NCBI GenBank assembly: GCA_037925075.1
Contig: JAXSNR010000001.1
Coordinates: 672,001 to 736,000, forward strand
DNA from: Aquificaceae bacterium
Lineage (GTDB): Bacteria; Aquificota; Aquificia; Aquificales; Aquificaceae
DNA length: 64,000 nt
Direction: 5' to 3'
Each line of letters opens with the position of its first letter. The first letter of the stretch is position 1. The notes under the pieces were generated by a model. The model made no database searches. It was given only the letters and a program-made list of their open reading frames with translations, and was not told the DNA's origin. Position numbers and translations under genes: made by a program. Below, in pieces: positions 1 to 8,181 of this stretch.

Positions 1-56
1 CCATCCACATCAAGAAGAAGAAGCTTTATTTTCAAAGCCCTTTCTCTAAGGTCCAT
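1..56 (-). CDS. kdsC: Partial (5' end only) HAD-IIIA phosphatase, probably KDO-8-phosphate phosphatase
   Basis: Minus-strand ATG at 56 reads MDLRERALKIKLLLLDVDG, the KdsC-like DVDG motif I; runs off the window edge. Confidence 0.7.
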   Translation of the reverse strand, partial: MDLRERALKIKLLLLDVD

Positions 57-57
57 C

Positions 58-1155
58 TTAAGCTTTTGCGTAGCTTTCCTTTAACCTTTTTATCCTCCAA
101 AGGGCTCTGCTATCTTCTGGTGCGATAAGGCTGTATGCTTTTCCGTAAGCTCCTATCCTTCCAGTCCTTCCTATCCTGTGTATGTAAACCTCAGGGTCTT
201 CTGGTATGTGATAGTTTATTACAAGGCTCACCCCCTTTATATCAAGCCCCCTTGATGCCACGTCAGTTGCCACCACTATTTTGACCTTACCTTCTCTAAA
301 AAGTCTTAGGGAGTTTTCCCTTTGCCTTTGAGTCATATCTCCATGAAGGGAAACCACATTAAAGCCTCTTCTTTTTAGCTCCTCCGTTATATCCTTTGCG
401 TCCTTTTTGGTTTTTACAAAGACTATAACCTTTTCAAGCAGGTGTTCTCTGAGTATCTTTTCCAGTTCAGAGAGCTTCTGACCAGAGGAGTTGAGTTTTA
501 TGAGCCTTTCTTCTATTTTTGGCTTTAGCTCCTCAGTTATAACTTTGACGAATTTATAGTCTCTTCTGAGGTGTTTTTTGGCGAGCTCTTCCACCTCTCT
601 TGGTATGGTTGCGGAAAATAGGAAGGTTTGCCTCTCTTTTGGAAGCTGGGATATGATCCATTCAATGTCTTCTATGAAGCCCATATCAAGCATTCTGTCT
701 GCCTCATCAAGGACAAAGTACTTAAGATTATCAAAGTTAAAAAGTCCTCTCATGGTAAGGTCCTTTATTCTTCCGGGCGTCCCTACCACGATGTTTGGTG
801 TTATCTTCCAAAGCAGTTCAAGGTCCTTTTGTACAGGAGTCCCACCGTAAAAGCTAAAAACCTTAAGCCCCTTGTACTTTGAAAGTTGATATAACTGCTC
901 CTTCACCTGAAGGGCAAGCTCTCTCGTTGGTGCCATAATGAGAGCTGTGGTCCCTTCCTCTCTTTTGCTTTTTTCTATTATGGGTATGCCAAAGGCTGCG
1001 GTCTTTCCAGTTCCCGTTGCCGCCTGACCCATTATGTCGTAGCCCTTGAGAGCCAAAGGTATGGCTTCCTTTTGAATGGGTGTGGGTTTTTCAAAGCCCA
1101 TATCTTTCAGAGCCCTTTGTACAAAGTCGCTTAGCTGTGAAAAGTCAAAATCCAT
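58..1155 (-). CDS. DEAD-box RNA helicase (core only)
   Basis: Q motif, ATGTGKT, PTRELA, DEAD, SAT, HRIGRTGR; SD AAGGAGG upstream. Confidence 0.95.
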   Translation of the reverse strand: MDFDFSQLSDFVQRALKDMGFEKPTPIQKEAIPLALKGYDIMGQAATGTGKTAAFGIPIIEKSKREEGTTALIMAPTRELALQVKEQLYQLSKYKGLKVFSFYGGTPVQKDLELLWKITPNIVVGTPGRIKDLTMRGLFNFDNLKYFVLDEADRMLDMGFIEDIEWIISQLPKERQTFLFSATIPREVEELAKKHLRRDYKFVKVITEELKPKIEERLIKLNSSGQKLSELEKILREHLLEKVIVFVKTKKDAKDITEELKRRGFNVVSLHGDMTQRQRENSLRLFREGKVKIVVATDVASRGLDIKGVSLVINYHIPEDPEVYIHRIGRTGRIGAYGKAYSLIAPEDSRALWRIKRLKESYAKA

Positions 1156-1325
1156 TTTCTCCTCCTTTTTATGTCCTATTTAATTATATGCGTTGGTGGG
1201 TAAATTACCAGTATAAGGAAATTCTAATTTTGAAATGTTAGAAGGGATTATTTGAAAATTTGAATGGATGCTTATTCTCTACAGTTTTATATTCTAAATG
1301 TGAAATTACTAAGGAGGTGCAAGAA

Positions 1326-4300
1326 ATGGAGCTTACAAGGCGAAGCTTCCTAAAGGTGGCTGGTGTATCCGCGGGAGCTACCCTTACTGGTAGCCTCGGT
1401 TTTGACCTAAAGCCTGCCATGGCAAGGGTTAGAGACCTTAAGATTTCCAGTGCTAAGGCTGTGAAAAGCATATGTCCCTACTGTTCTGTTTCCTGTGGAG
1501 TTATCATATACACCCTCACAGACGGTGCTATGAACGTAAAACCAAGGGTTATACATGTGGAGGGCAATCCAGATGATCCGGTAAACAGAGGAACCTTATG
1601 TCCTAAGGGTGCAACCATTAAGGATTTTATAAACGCTCCCAAAAGGCTCAAAAAACCTCTTTACAGACCAGCTGGTGCCAAGGAATGGCAGGAGATAAGC
1701 TGGGAGGAAGCCCTTGACAAGATTGCCAAACTTATAAAGGATACGAGGGACAGAACCCTTATAGAAACCGATGAGCAAGGTAGGGTGGTTAACCGATGCG
1801 AAAGTATAGCATGGGTTGAAGGCAGTACCATAGCCAACGAGGAAGGCTACCTATGGGTAAAGATGGGGGTAGCCTTAGGGCTTGTTGCCCGAGAGACTCA
1901 GGCGCGAATATGACACGCACCCACGGTGGCCAGTTTGGCCCCAAGATTCGGAAGAGGTGCAATGACCAATGGTTGGAACGATATTAAGAACGCGGACCTC
2001 ATCCTTGTTATGGGTGGGAACCCTGCGGAAAACCATCCCTGTGGTTTCAAGTGGGCAATAAAAGCCAGACAGGAGAGGGGAGCAAAGATTATCTGTGTGG
2101 ACCCAAGGTTTAACAGAACCGCTGCGGTTTCTGACATATTCCTGCAAATAAGGCCTGGCTCAGACATAGCCTTTATGGGAGGTCTTATAAACTACGTGCT
2201 TCAGAACAAAAAGTACAACGAGGAGTATATAAAGCACTTTACCAACGCTGCGTACATAGTAAAAGATACCTACAACTTTGACCCTCAGACTGGTCTTTTC
2301 TCTGGATACGACCCAGAAAAGAAAAAGTACGACCAGTCGCTGTGGGGCTACGAGCTTGATGAAAAAGGTATGGCAAAGAAGGATATGACCCTTGAACATC
2401 CAAGATGCGTTTTCCAACTTATGAAGCAGTTCTATTCAAGGTATACACCAGAGGTGGTGGAGAAGATAACGGGTATACCAAAAGACAAGTTCCTTGAAGT
2501 AGCAAAGCTTGTAGCAGAAACAGGCGCACCTGATAAAGCTATGACCCACCTCTATGCTCTTGGATGGACCCATCACTCCTTTGGAACACAGCTAATAGGC
2601 TCCATGGCAATACTTCAGCTACTTCTTGGAAACATAGGGGTTCCAGGTGGTGCTATAAATGCTCTCAGGGGGCATGCTAATGTGCAGGGTATGACAGACC
2701 TTGCGGGAGAGGGTAGGTTCCTACCGGGTTATCTTAGACCTCCAAGGGCGGACCAACAAACCCTCAAGAATCACATAGAAGCAAACACTCCAAAAGCTGT
2801 TGATACCTCAATGAACTTCTGGGCAAACTATGGAAAGTTCTACGTAAGCCTTCTCAAGGCATGGTACGGAAATGCTGCAACTCCAGAAAATGAATTCGCA
2901 TACCACTATCTACCCAAGATAGAAAAGCTCATATCTATGGACGAGATACTGGATAGGATGTACAGGGGTAAGATGGAGGGCTTTGTATCTGTAGGTATGA
3001 ACATTCTGGCAAGCAATCCAAACGTAAAGAAAATAGCAGAAGGTCTTGGGAAGCTCAAATGGATGGTTGTCGTAGAAGTTTTTGAAACTGAGATGGCAAG
3101 CTTCTGGAAGTATGTGGATGATCCATCAAAGGTTAAAACGGAAGTCTTCCTCCTACCATCAACCCTGTTTGCGGAAAAGGAAGGCTCTTTTACCAACAGT
3201 GGAAGGGTCATAAAGTGGAAGTATAAGGCTGTAGATCCTCCGGGTGAGGCTAAGGATGAGCTTTGGATAGCTGGTCAGCTTTGGATGAGGCTCAAAAGCC
3301 TCTACAAGAAGGAAGGAGGTAAGTTCCCAGACCCCATACTTAACCTTACTTGGAACTTCCAAAACCCCTACCATCCAACCGCTGAAGAGGTGCTAAGAGA
3401 GATGAACGGCTACGCTCTTGCAGACCTTACAGACGATAAGGGTAATGTGATAGTTAAGAAGGGAGAGAGAATCCCCGGCTTTGGTGTACTAAAGGATGAT
3501 GGAACAACCGCATGCGGTATGTGGCTTTACTCTGGCATTTTCCCTCAATCGGGCAATAGGGCAAAATCCACGGACACATCCGACCCATCTGGTTTGGGAG
3601 TTTATCCCGGATATGGTTTTAGCTGGCCTGCAAACAGGAGGATACTCTACAACAGGGCTTCAGCAGACCCAAGCGGTAAGCCATGGAGTGAAAAGAAGAA
3701 ATACCTGTGGTGGAACGAGGCAGAAGGTAAGTGGGTGGGCTATGATGTGCCAGACATAAAGCCAGACCTCACGCCTGATTATGGACCCTTTATAATGCTA
3801 CCAGAAGGAAGAGGAAGGCTCTTCTGTGCTCCCCTTGTGGATGGGCCCTTCCCAGAACACTATGAACCCGTGGAATCTCCGGTGGAAAACATACTCCACC
3901 CCAAAACACCTTATAACCCCGTGATAAAGATATACAAGTCTGACCTTGACCTGTTGGGCAATCCTAAGGAATTCCCCTATGTGGCAACAACCTACAGGGT
4001 TGTGGAACACTTCCACTATTGGACGAAGCATATATACGGTACCTCTGTTCTTGTACCCAACATGTTTATTGAGATTCCAGAGGAATTGGCAAAGGAGTTG
4101 GGCGTTAAGGAAGGTGATAAGGTAAGGGTTGTTACCGCAAGAGGTTCTGCGGAGGGATATGCCCTTCCCACAAAGAGGATAAAGCCTCTCACCATAAACG
4201 GCAAGAAGGTATATACGGTAGGTATTCCCATACACTGGGGCAACGAAGGTGTGGTAAAGGGTGCCCTTGCCAACATGATAACGCCCTTTGTCTGGGACCC

Positions 4301-4361
4301 CAACTCCCAAACCCCAGAGTTTAAGGGCTTTCTATGCAAGGTTGAAAAGGTAAAAGCATAA
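1326..4361 (+). CDS. fdnG: Formate dehydrogenase-N alpha subunit, selenocysteine-containing (Sec at UGA 1911-1913, codon 196)
   Basis: ORFs 1260..1913 and 1926..4361 are in one frame joined by TGA in ARI-U-HAPTVASLAPRFGRGAMTN; Tat signal MELTRRSFLK; CPYCSVSC..C [4Fe-4S] motif; RGHANVQG; SD AAGGAGGT before ATG 1326. Confidence 0.96.
1911..1942 (+). promoter_or_regulatory. Bacterial SECIS element
   Basis: GG-U(bulge, 1927)-GGCCA-GUU-UGGCC-CC directly after UGA; bulged U17 and loop G23/U24 counting from the U of UGA. Confidence 0.88.
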
Positions 4362-4372
4362 GGAGGTGAAAA

Positions 4373-5263
4373 ATGGCTACCGTGACCACAGAAGGAACCG
4401 TAGGATTAGGTTTGAGGCGGGTATCCGCCTCCAAATCTCCAGACCAAAGCATAAAGCAGGCTGACCAACTTGCCATACTTGTGGATATATCAAGCTGTAT
4501 AGGCTGTAAGGCATGTGAAGCTGGATGCTCCCAATGGCATGACCTAAAGCCATCTCTAAACGTGGGACAAGGGATGTTCTTTGGGTATCAATCTGGCCCC
4601 GGTCTTGCTCCCAACCTCTTTATGTATATGCGTTTTCAGGAGCATGAAACTCCCAACGGGCTCGTTTGGGCAATAACCAAGTATCAATGCATGCACTGTG
4701 CGGACCCGGGCTGTCTCAAGGCATGCCCATCCCCAGGTGCAATAATTCAGTATGCAAACGGAATAGTGGATTTTGACCATTCTAAGTGTATAGGCTGTAA
4801 GTTTTGTCTTTCTGGTTGTCCCTTTGATGTGCCAAGGTACGACGCCAACAACAAGCCATGGAAATGCAACTTCTGTATAGACAGAGTTTCTGCCGGCCTT
4901 GAGCCCATGTGTGTAAAAACCTGTCCAACAAACGCCCTGCACTTTGGCACAAAAGAGGAGATGCTCATAAGGGCTAACAAGCTATTGCAAGGTTTAAAGA
5001 AGAGAGGTTTTGAAAAGGCTTCCATTTACGACCCGCCGGGTGTAGGAGGAACTGGATACATTTACCTTCTACCTCATGGAGATAAGCCTGAGATGTACGG
5101 GCTTCCAAAAGAAGCAAGCATATCTCCCTTGGTAAGCCTCTGGAAGGGTCCAGTAAAACTTATAGGGTCAATAGTGCTCTGGGGCACGCTTTTGGGTGCC
5201 TTTCTACAGCTTATACTCTTTGGACCCATAAAGGTAGGAAAAAAGCATAAAAAGGAGGGTTAG
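4373..5263 (+). CDS. fdnH: Formate dehydrogenase beta (iron-sulfur) subunit
   Basis: Four 4Fe-4S Cys motif groups (CIGCKACEAGC, CMHCADPGCLKAC, CIGCKFCLSGC, KCNFC..C..C), C-terminal TM, operon position. Confidence 0.93.
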   Translation: MATVTTEGTVGLGLRRVSASKSPDQSIKQADQLAILVDISSCIGCKACEAGCSQWHDLKPSLNVGQGMFFGYQSGPGLAPNLFMYMRFQEHETPNGLVWAITKYQCMHCADPGCLKACPSPGAIIQYANGIVDFDHSKCIGCKFCLSGCPFDVPRYDANNKPWKCNFCIDRVSAGLEPMCVKTCPTNALHFGTKEEMLIRANKLLQGLKKRGFEKASIYDPPGVGGTGYIYLLPHGDKPEMYGLPKEASISPLVSLWKGPVKLIGSIVLWGTLLGAFLQLILFGPIKVGKKHKKEG

Positions 5264-5265
5264 TC

Positions 5266-5898
5266 ATGGAAGATGTGAGAAATCTTGAAGAAGTTGAAAT
5301 AGAGAGGTTTTCAGCCTTTGATAGGTTTGTGCATTGGCTTACAGCCATACCCTTTGTTTATCTGTTTCTCTCGGGTCTTGGTATGTATTCTCCTAAGTTT
5401 GCGTGGCTACTTCCTTTTCTCGGGGGCAAGGAGTTTTCCGCATGGCTTCATAAATGGGCTGGTGTGGTTTTTGCGGTGGGTGTTTTTCTGATGTTTTTAA
5501 GGTGGGCAAGGGACTTTGTCCTTGATAGCGATGACATGAAGTGGCTTTCTAATGTAAAACACTACATAAAGGGAGAAGAAGAGAAGCTTCCAGAAGCCGG
5601 TAAATACAACGCGGGGCAGAAGCTTTTTGGCTGGATAGTCTTTTTAGGTGGTGCCTTGTTTTTGATAACGGGTATAGTTATGTGGTTTCCTGAGAGCTTT
5701 CCCGCAAACATAGTAAGGTTGTCCATACTCCTTCATGAGATTGCCTTTATTGTGGTAGGTGCAGGTTTTATAGTGCATGTGTATATGGGCACAGTTGGGG
5801 TTCCCGGCTCACTGTCTAGTATGATAACGGGCAAAGTTTCTGCCCTTTGGGCTATGAGCCATCATCCTAAGTGGTTTAGAGAGGTTATGAGGAGGTAA
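5266..5898 (+). CDS. fdnI: Formate dehydrogenase gamma (cytochrome b556) subunit
   Basis: 4 TM helices, heme His ligands, GKYNAGQK, HHPKW. Confidence 0.93.
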   Translation: MEDVRNLEEVEIERFSAFDRFVHWLTAIPFVYLFLSGLGMYSPKFAWLLPFLGGKEFSAWLHKWAGVVFAVGVFLMFLRWARDFVLDSDDMKWLSNVKHYIKGEEEKLPEAGKYNAGQKLFGWIVFLGGALFLITGIVMWFPESFPANIVRLSILLHEIAFIVVGAGFIVHVYMGTVGVPGSLSSMITGKVSALWAMSHHPKWFREVMRR

Positions 5899-5902
5899 GT
5901 GT

Positions 5903-6418
5903 GTGAAAAGGCTTTTGCTGACTGCACTTGGAGGCTTATGCCTCCTTTCTTTTTCAAAAGCCCAGGACCTAAGGGCAAGTGCTGATCTTATAAATTCAAA
6001 AGGAGAGGTGATAGGGAAGGCGGTGCTCGTGGAAACAAACCTTGGAGTTCTCATAAAGATAGAAGCTTCTGGATTGCCTAAGAACTCTGAACTGGCACTG
6101 CATATTCACGAGGTTGGCAGGTGTGATCCGCCAGACTTTACATCCGCCAAAGGACACTTTAATCCTATGAGCAAGAGGCATGGTCTTTTGAATCAAGAAG
6201 GTCCTCATGCAGGAGACATGCCAAATGTATTTACTGATGGAGATGGTAAGTTAAGGGTTAATGTGCTTAACACCCTCGTTACCTTGCAAAAAGGTAAGGC
6301 AAACAGCCTGATTAGAGAAGGAGGGACCTCCCTCGTTATACACGCCCATCCAGACGATTACAAGTCAGACCCTGCTGGTCATGCTGGGCCAAGAATAGCC
6401 TGTGGAGTTATAAGATGA
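5903..6418 (+). CDS. sodC: Periplasmic Cu/Zn superoxide dismutase
   Basis: Signal peptide; HIHE..C, GHFNP, HG, HAGD, VIH, RIACG all intact. Confidence 0.93.
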   Translation: MKRLLLTALGGLCLLSFSKAQDLRASADLINSKGEVIGKAVLVETNLGVLIKIEASGLPKNSELALHIHEVGRCDPPDFTSAKGHFNPMSKRHGLLNQEGPHAGDMPNVFTDGDGKLRVNVLNTLVTLQKGKANSLIREGGTSLVIHAHPDDYKSDPAGHAGPRIACGVIR

Positions 6419-7182
6419 ACATCTTTAAACAAAGAGAGAAGGAGTACGCCCTTGAAAGGTTAAGGGCTTTAAAATCAAAGCATCCGGAGGCTTCTGAGCT
6501 CCTTGATTTTTATTCACATATTCTTGAATACCAGAAAGAGGTCTATGAAGCCCTTGAAGGAAAAGAACCCAATTGGCGAAAGAGCATGAAGTGGTTTTAT
6601 AAGCTACTAGAAATATGCGAGGAAAAGGGAACAAGTCAGATCTCCGAAAGGTCAAGGGAATTAAAGCAGATGGAAAGGGACAGAGTGGGTGGTATGATAG
6701 ATAAGTTTCTCAAGGAGAAGAAGGCGGAGGACGTAGACAGGTTTTTATTTCTTGCCTTCCTTGGCCCCTTTTATGAACGCATGGCGGAAGGCATGGATGT
6801 GGACAGGGAGGGCTGGCTGAAGACCAAGTGTCCCGTTTGTGGCTTCAAGCCACATATATCCTACATAGCGGACAGGGAAGAGGTGGAAGGTGGTAGGTTT
6901 CTCGTTTGTGTTTTGTGTGGAACCGATTGGATATACAACAGAAACAGGTGTGTGAACTGTGGAAACGAAGAGGACAATGCTATTGATTACTATTACAGTG
7001 AAGAAAATAGGGCTGTTCAGCTACAGTGCTGTCATAAGTGTGGTCATTACATTAAGATTGTGGATATGCGACTTGATGGTCTTGCGGTTCCAGTGGTGGA
7101 TGATATAGCCACGCTTGTCCTTGACCTGTGGGCAAGAGATAGGGGTTTTGTTAGGTTTGAGAGGAATATCTTTGGTTTATGA
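6415..7182 (+). CDS. fdhE: Formate dehydrogenase accessory protein FdhE
   Basis: CPVCG, CVLCG, RCVNCG, CHKCG..YIK, DDIATL.LD motifs; FDH operon. Confidence 0.92.
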   Translation: MNIFKQREKEYALERLRALKSKHPEASELLDFYSHILEYQKEVYEALEGKEPNWRKSMKWFYKLLEICEEKGTSQISERSRELKQMERDRVGGMIDKFLKEKKAEDVDRFLFLAFLGPFYERMAEGMDVDREGWLKTKCPVCGFKPHISYIADREEVEGGRFLVCVLCGTDWIYNRNRCVNCGNEEDNAIDYYYSEENRAVQLQCCHKCGHYIKIVDMRLDGLAVPVVDDIATLVLDLWARDRGFVRFERNIFGL

Positions 7183-7700
7183 TAAACAGGAGAGCTCTTC
7201 TTAGTTTTCTCCTTTCTATACCTGTTGTGGGCAGGGCAAGGGCGATGGATATTGAAGTTCACGGTTGCATCATAAAGGTAGATAGACTGTACAGAGTAGA
7301 GGAAGAAAGAATGCTCTTCCAATGGGTCAAGGATGAAGGTTCAGGGGTTTACTCTGTGGGTTTTATGCAAATACTTTCCTCGCTTATATATCCCCTTTAT
7401 GCTATAAGGATAAAGCCTGTTGGCACTGTGGTAGAGTTTGATGGGAACCTTGCGGTAGTGGAGTCTGGTAAAAGGGTTTCCACCTTTCCAAGCCCGCTTA
7501 GTGGGAAGGTGGTAGATTCTAACAAGTCTTTGGAAAAGGAGCCTTCCCTAATAGTTAGCAAACCCTACGAAAGCTGGATCGTAAAGATAAAGGCTGAAAA
7601 GCCCGAGGAACTCAAAAAGCTAAAAAGGGCTGAGGACATACGGGAGATTTTAAGGCGTATAATAGTCAAAGAAAAGATAGAATGCCTGCCCAAAAGATAG
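7179..7700 (+). CDS. GcvH/LbpA-like lipoyl-carrier protein with twin-arginine-like N-terminal leader
   Basis: AVVESGK(98)R lipoyl motif, SPLSGKV..N..L..EP..I...PY..W; Cys30 and Cys169; N-terminus MINRRALLSFLLSIPVVGRARA. Confidence 0.8.
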   Translation: MINRRALLSFLLSIPVVGRARAMDIEVHGCIIKVDRLYRVEEERMLFQWVKDEGSGVYSVGFMQILSSLIYPLYAIRIKPVGTVVEFDGNLAVVESGKRVSTFPSPLSGKVVDSNKSLEKEPSLIVSKPYESWIVKIKAEKPEELKKLKRAEDIREILRRIIVKEKIECLPKR

Positions 7701-7795
7701 GGAGAGTTTGATGCGCTGGTGCGGTCCCGGGACTTCAAATCCCGTGAGGGGTCCTGTTAGGGGTCCCTGGAGGGTTCGATTCCCTCACTCTCCCG
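7700..7795 (+). tRNA. selC: tRNA-Sec (anticodon UCA)
   Basis: 8-bp acceptor stem GGGAGAGT/ACTCTCCC, anticodon arm CGGGA-CT-TCA-AA-TCCCG, long variable arm, GGTTCGATTCC T arm, discriminator G; CCA not encoded. Confidence 0.95.
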
Positions 7796-7811
7796 ATTTA
7801 TAATAGGAATT

Positions 7812-8147
7812 ATGAGGGTGGCTGATTACATAAAGGAAGGGCTTAAGAACATGGTGGAGGAACTGCCAGAGGGATATCAAGAAATTGGAAAGTGCACCTC
7901 TGGTTGTCATTCTGTGAGGTTCTTCATGAAGGGTCTCCCCAAAAGGGTAGAGGATGTAAAGTTTAAAGCAACAAACAGATGCAAGAAGCTCCTCGCGGTT
8001 GCGGACTTTGTAGCTGAAAGGGTCAAGGAAAAGGGCAAGGTGGAGGTAAGCGAGGAGGAAGTGCTCTCATACTTCTCTGATGAAAAAGAGCAGGACAAGC
8101 TGAAGGATAGGCTAAGGATGGTAAAGACTGCTCTGGGGCTCAAGTAG
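7812..8147 (+). CDS. Small hypothetical protein, possibly IscU/NifU-N-like fold
   Basis: GKCTSGCH...VEDVKFKATNRC resembles IscU/SufU strand pattern (D.kF...GC); TATAAT 7 nt upstream. Confidence 0.5.
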   Translation: MRVADYIKEGLKNMVEELPEGYQEIGKCTSGCHSVRFFMKGLPKRVEDVKFKATNRCKKLLAVADFVAERVKEKGKVEVSEEEVLSYFSDEKEQDKLKDRLRMVKTALGLK

Positions 8148-8181
8148 TGTAGAAGGTACCTCACAGAATATAATTAAACCT

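Noticed and set aside
1260..4361. fdnG as a split gene or pseudogene (two ORFs)
   Set aside because: Same frame, UGA at the conserved Sec site, SECIS present and sel machinery in the window
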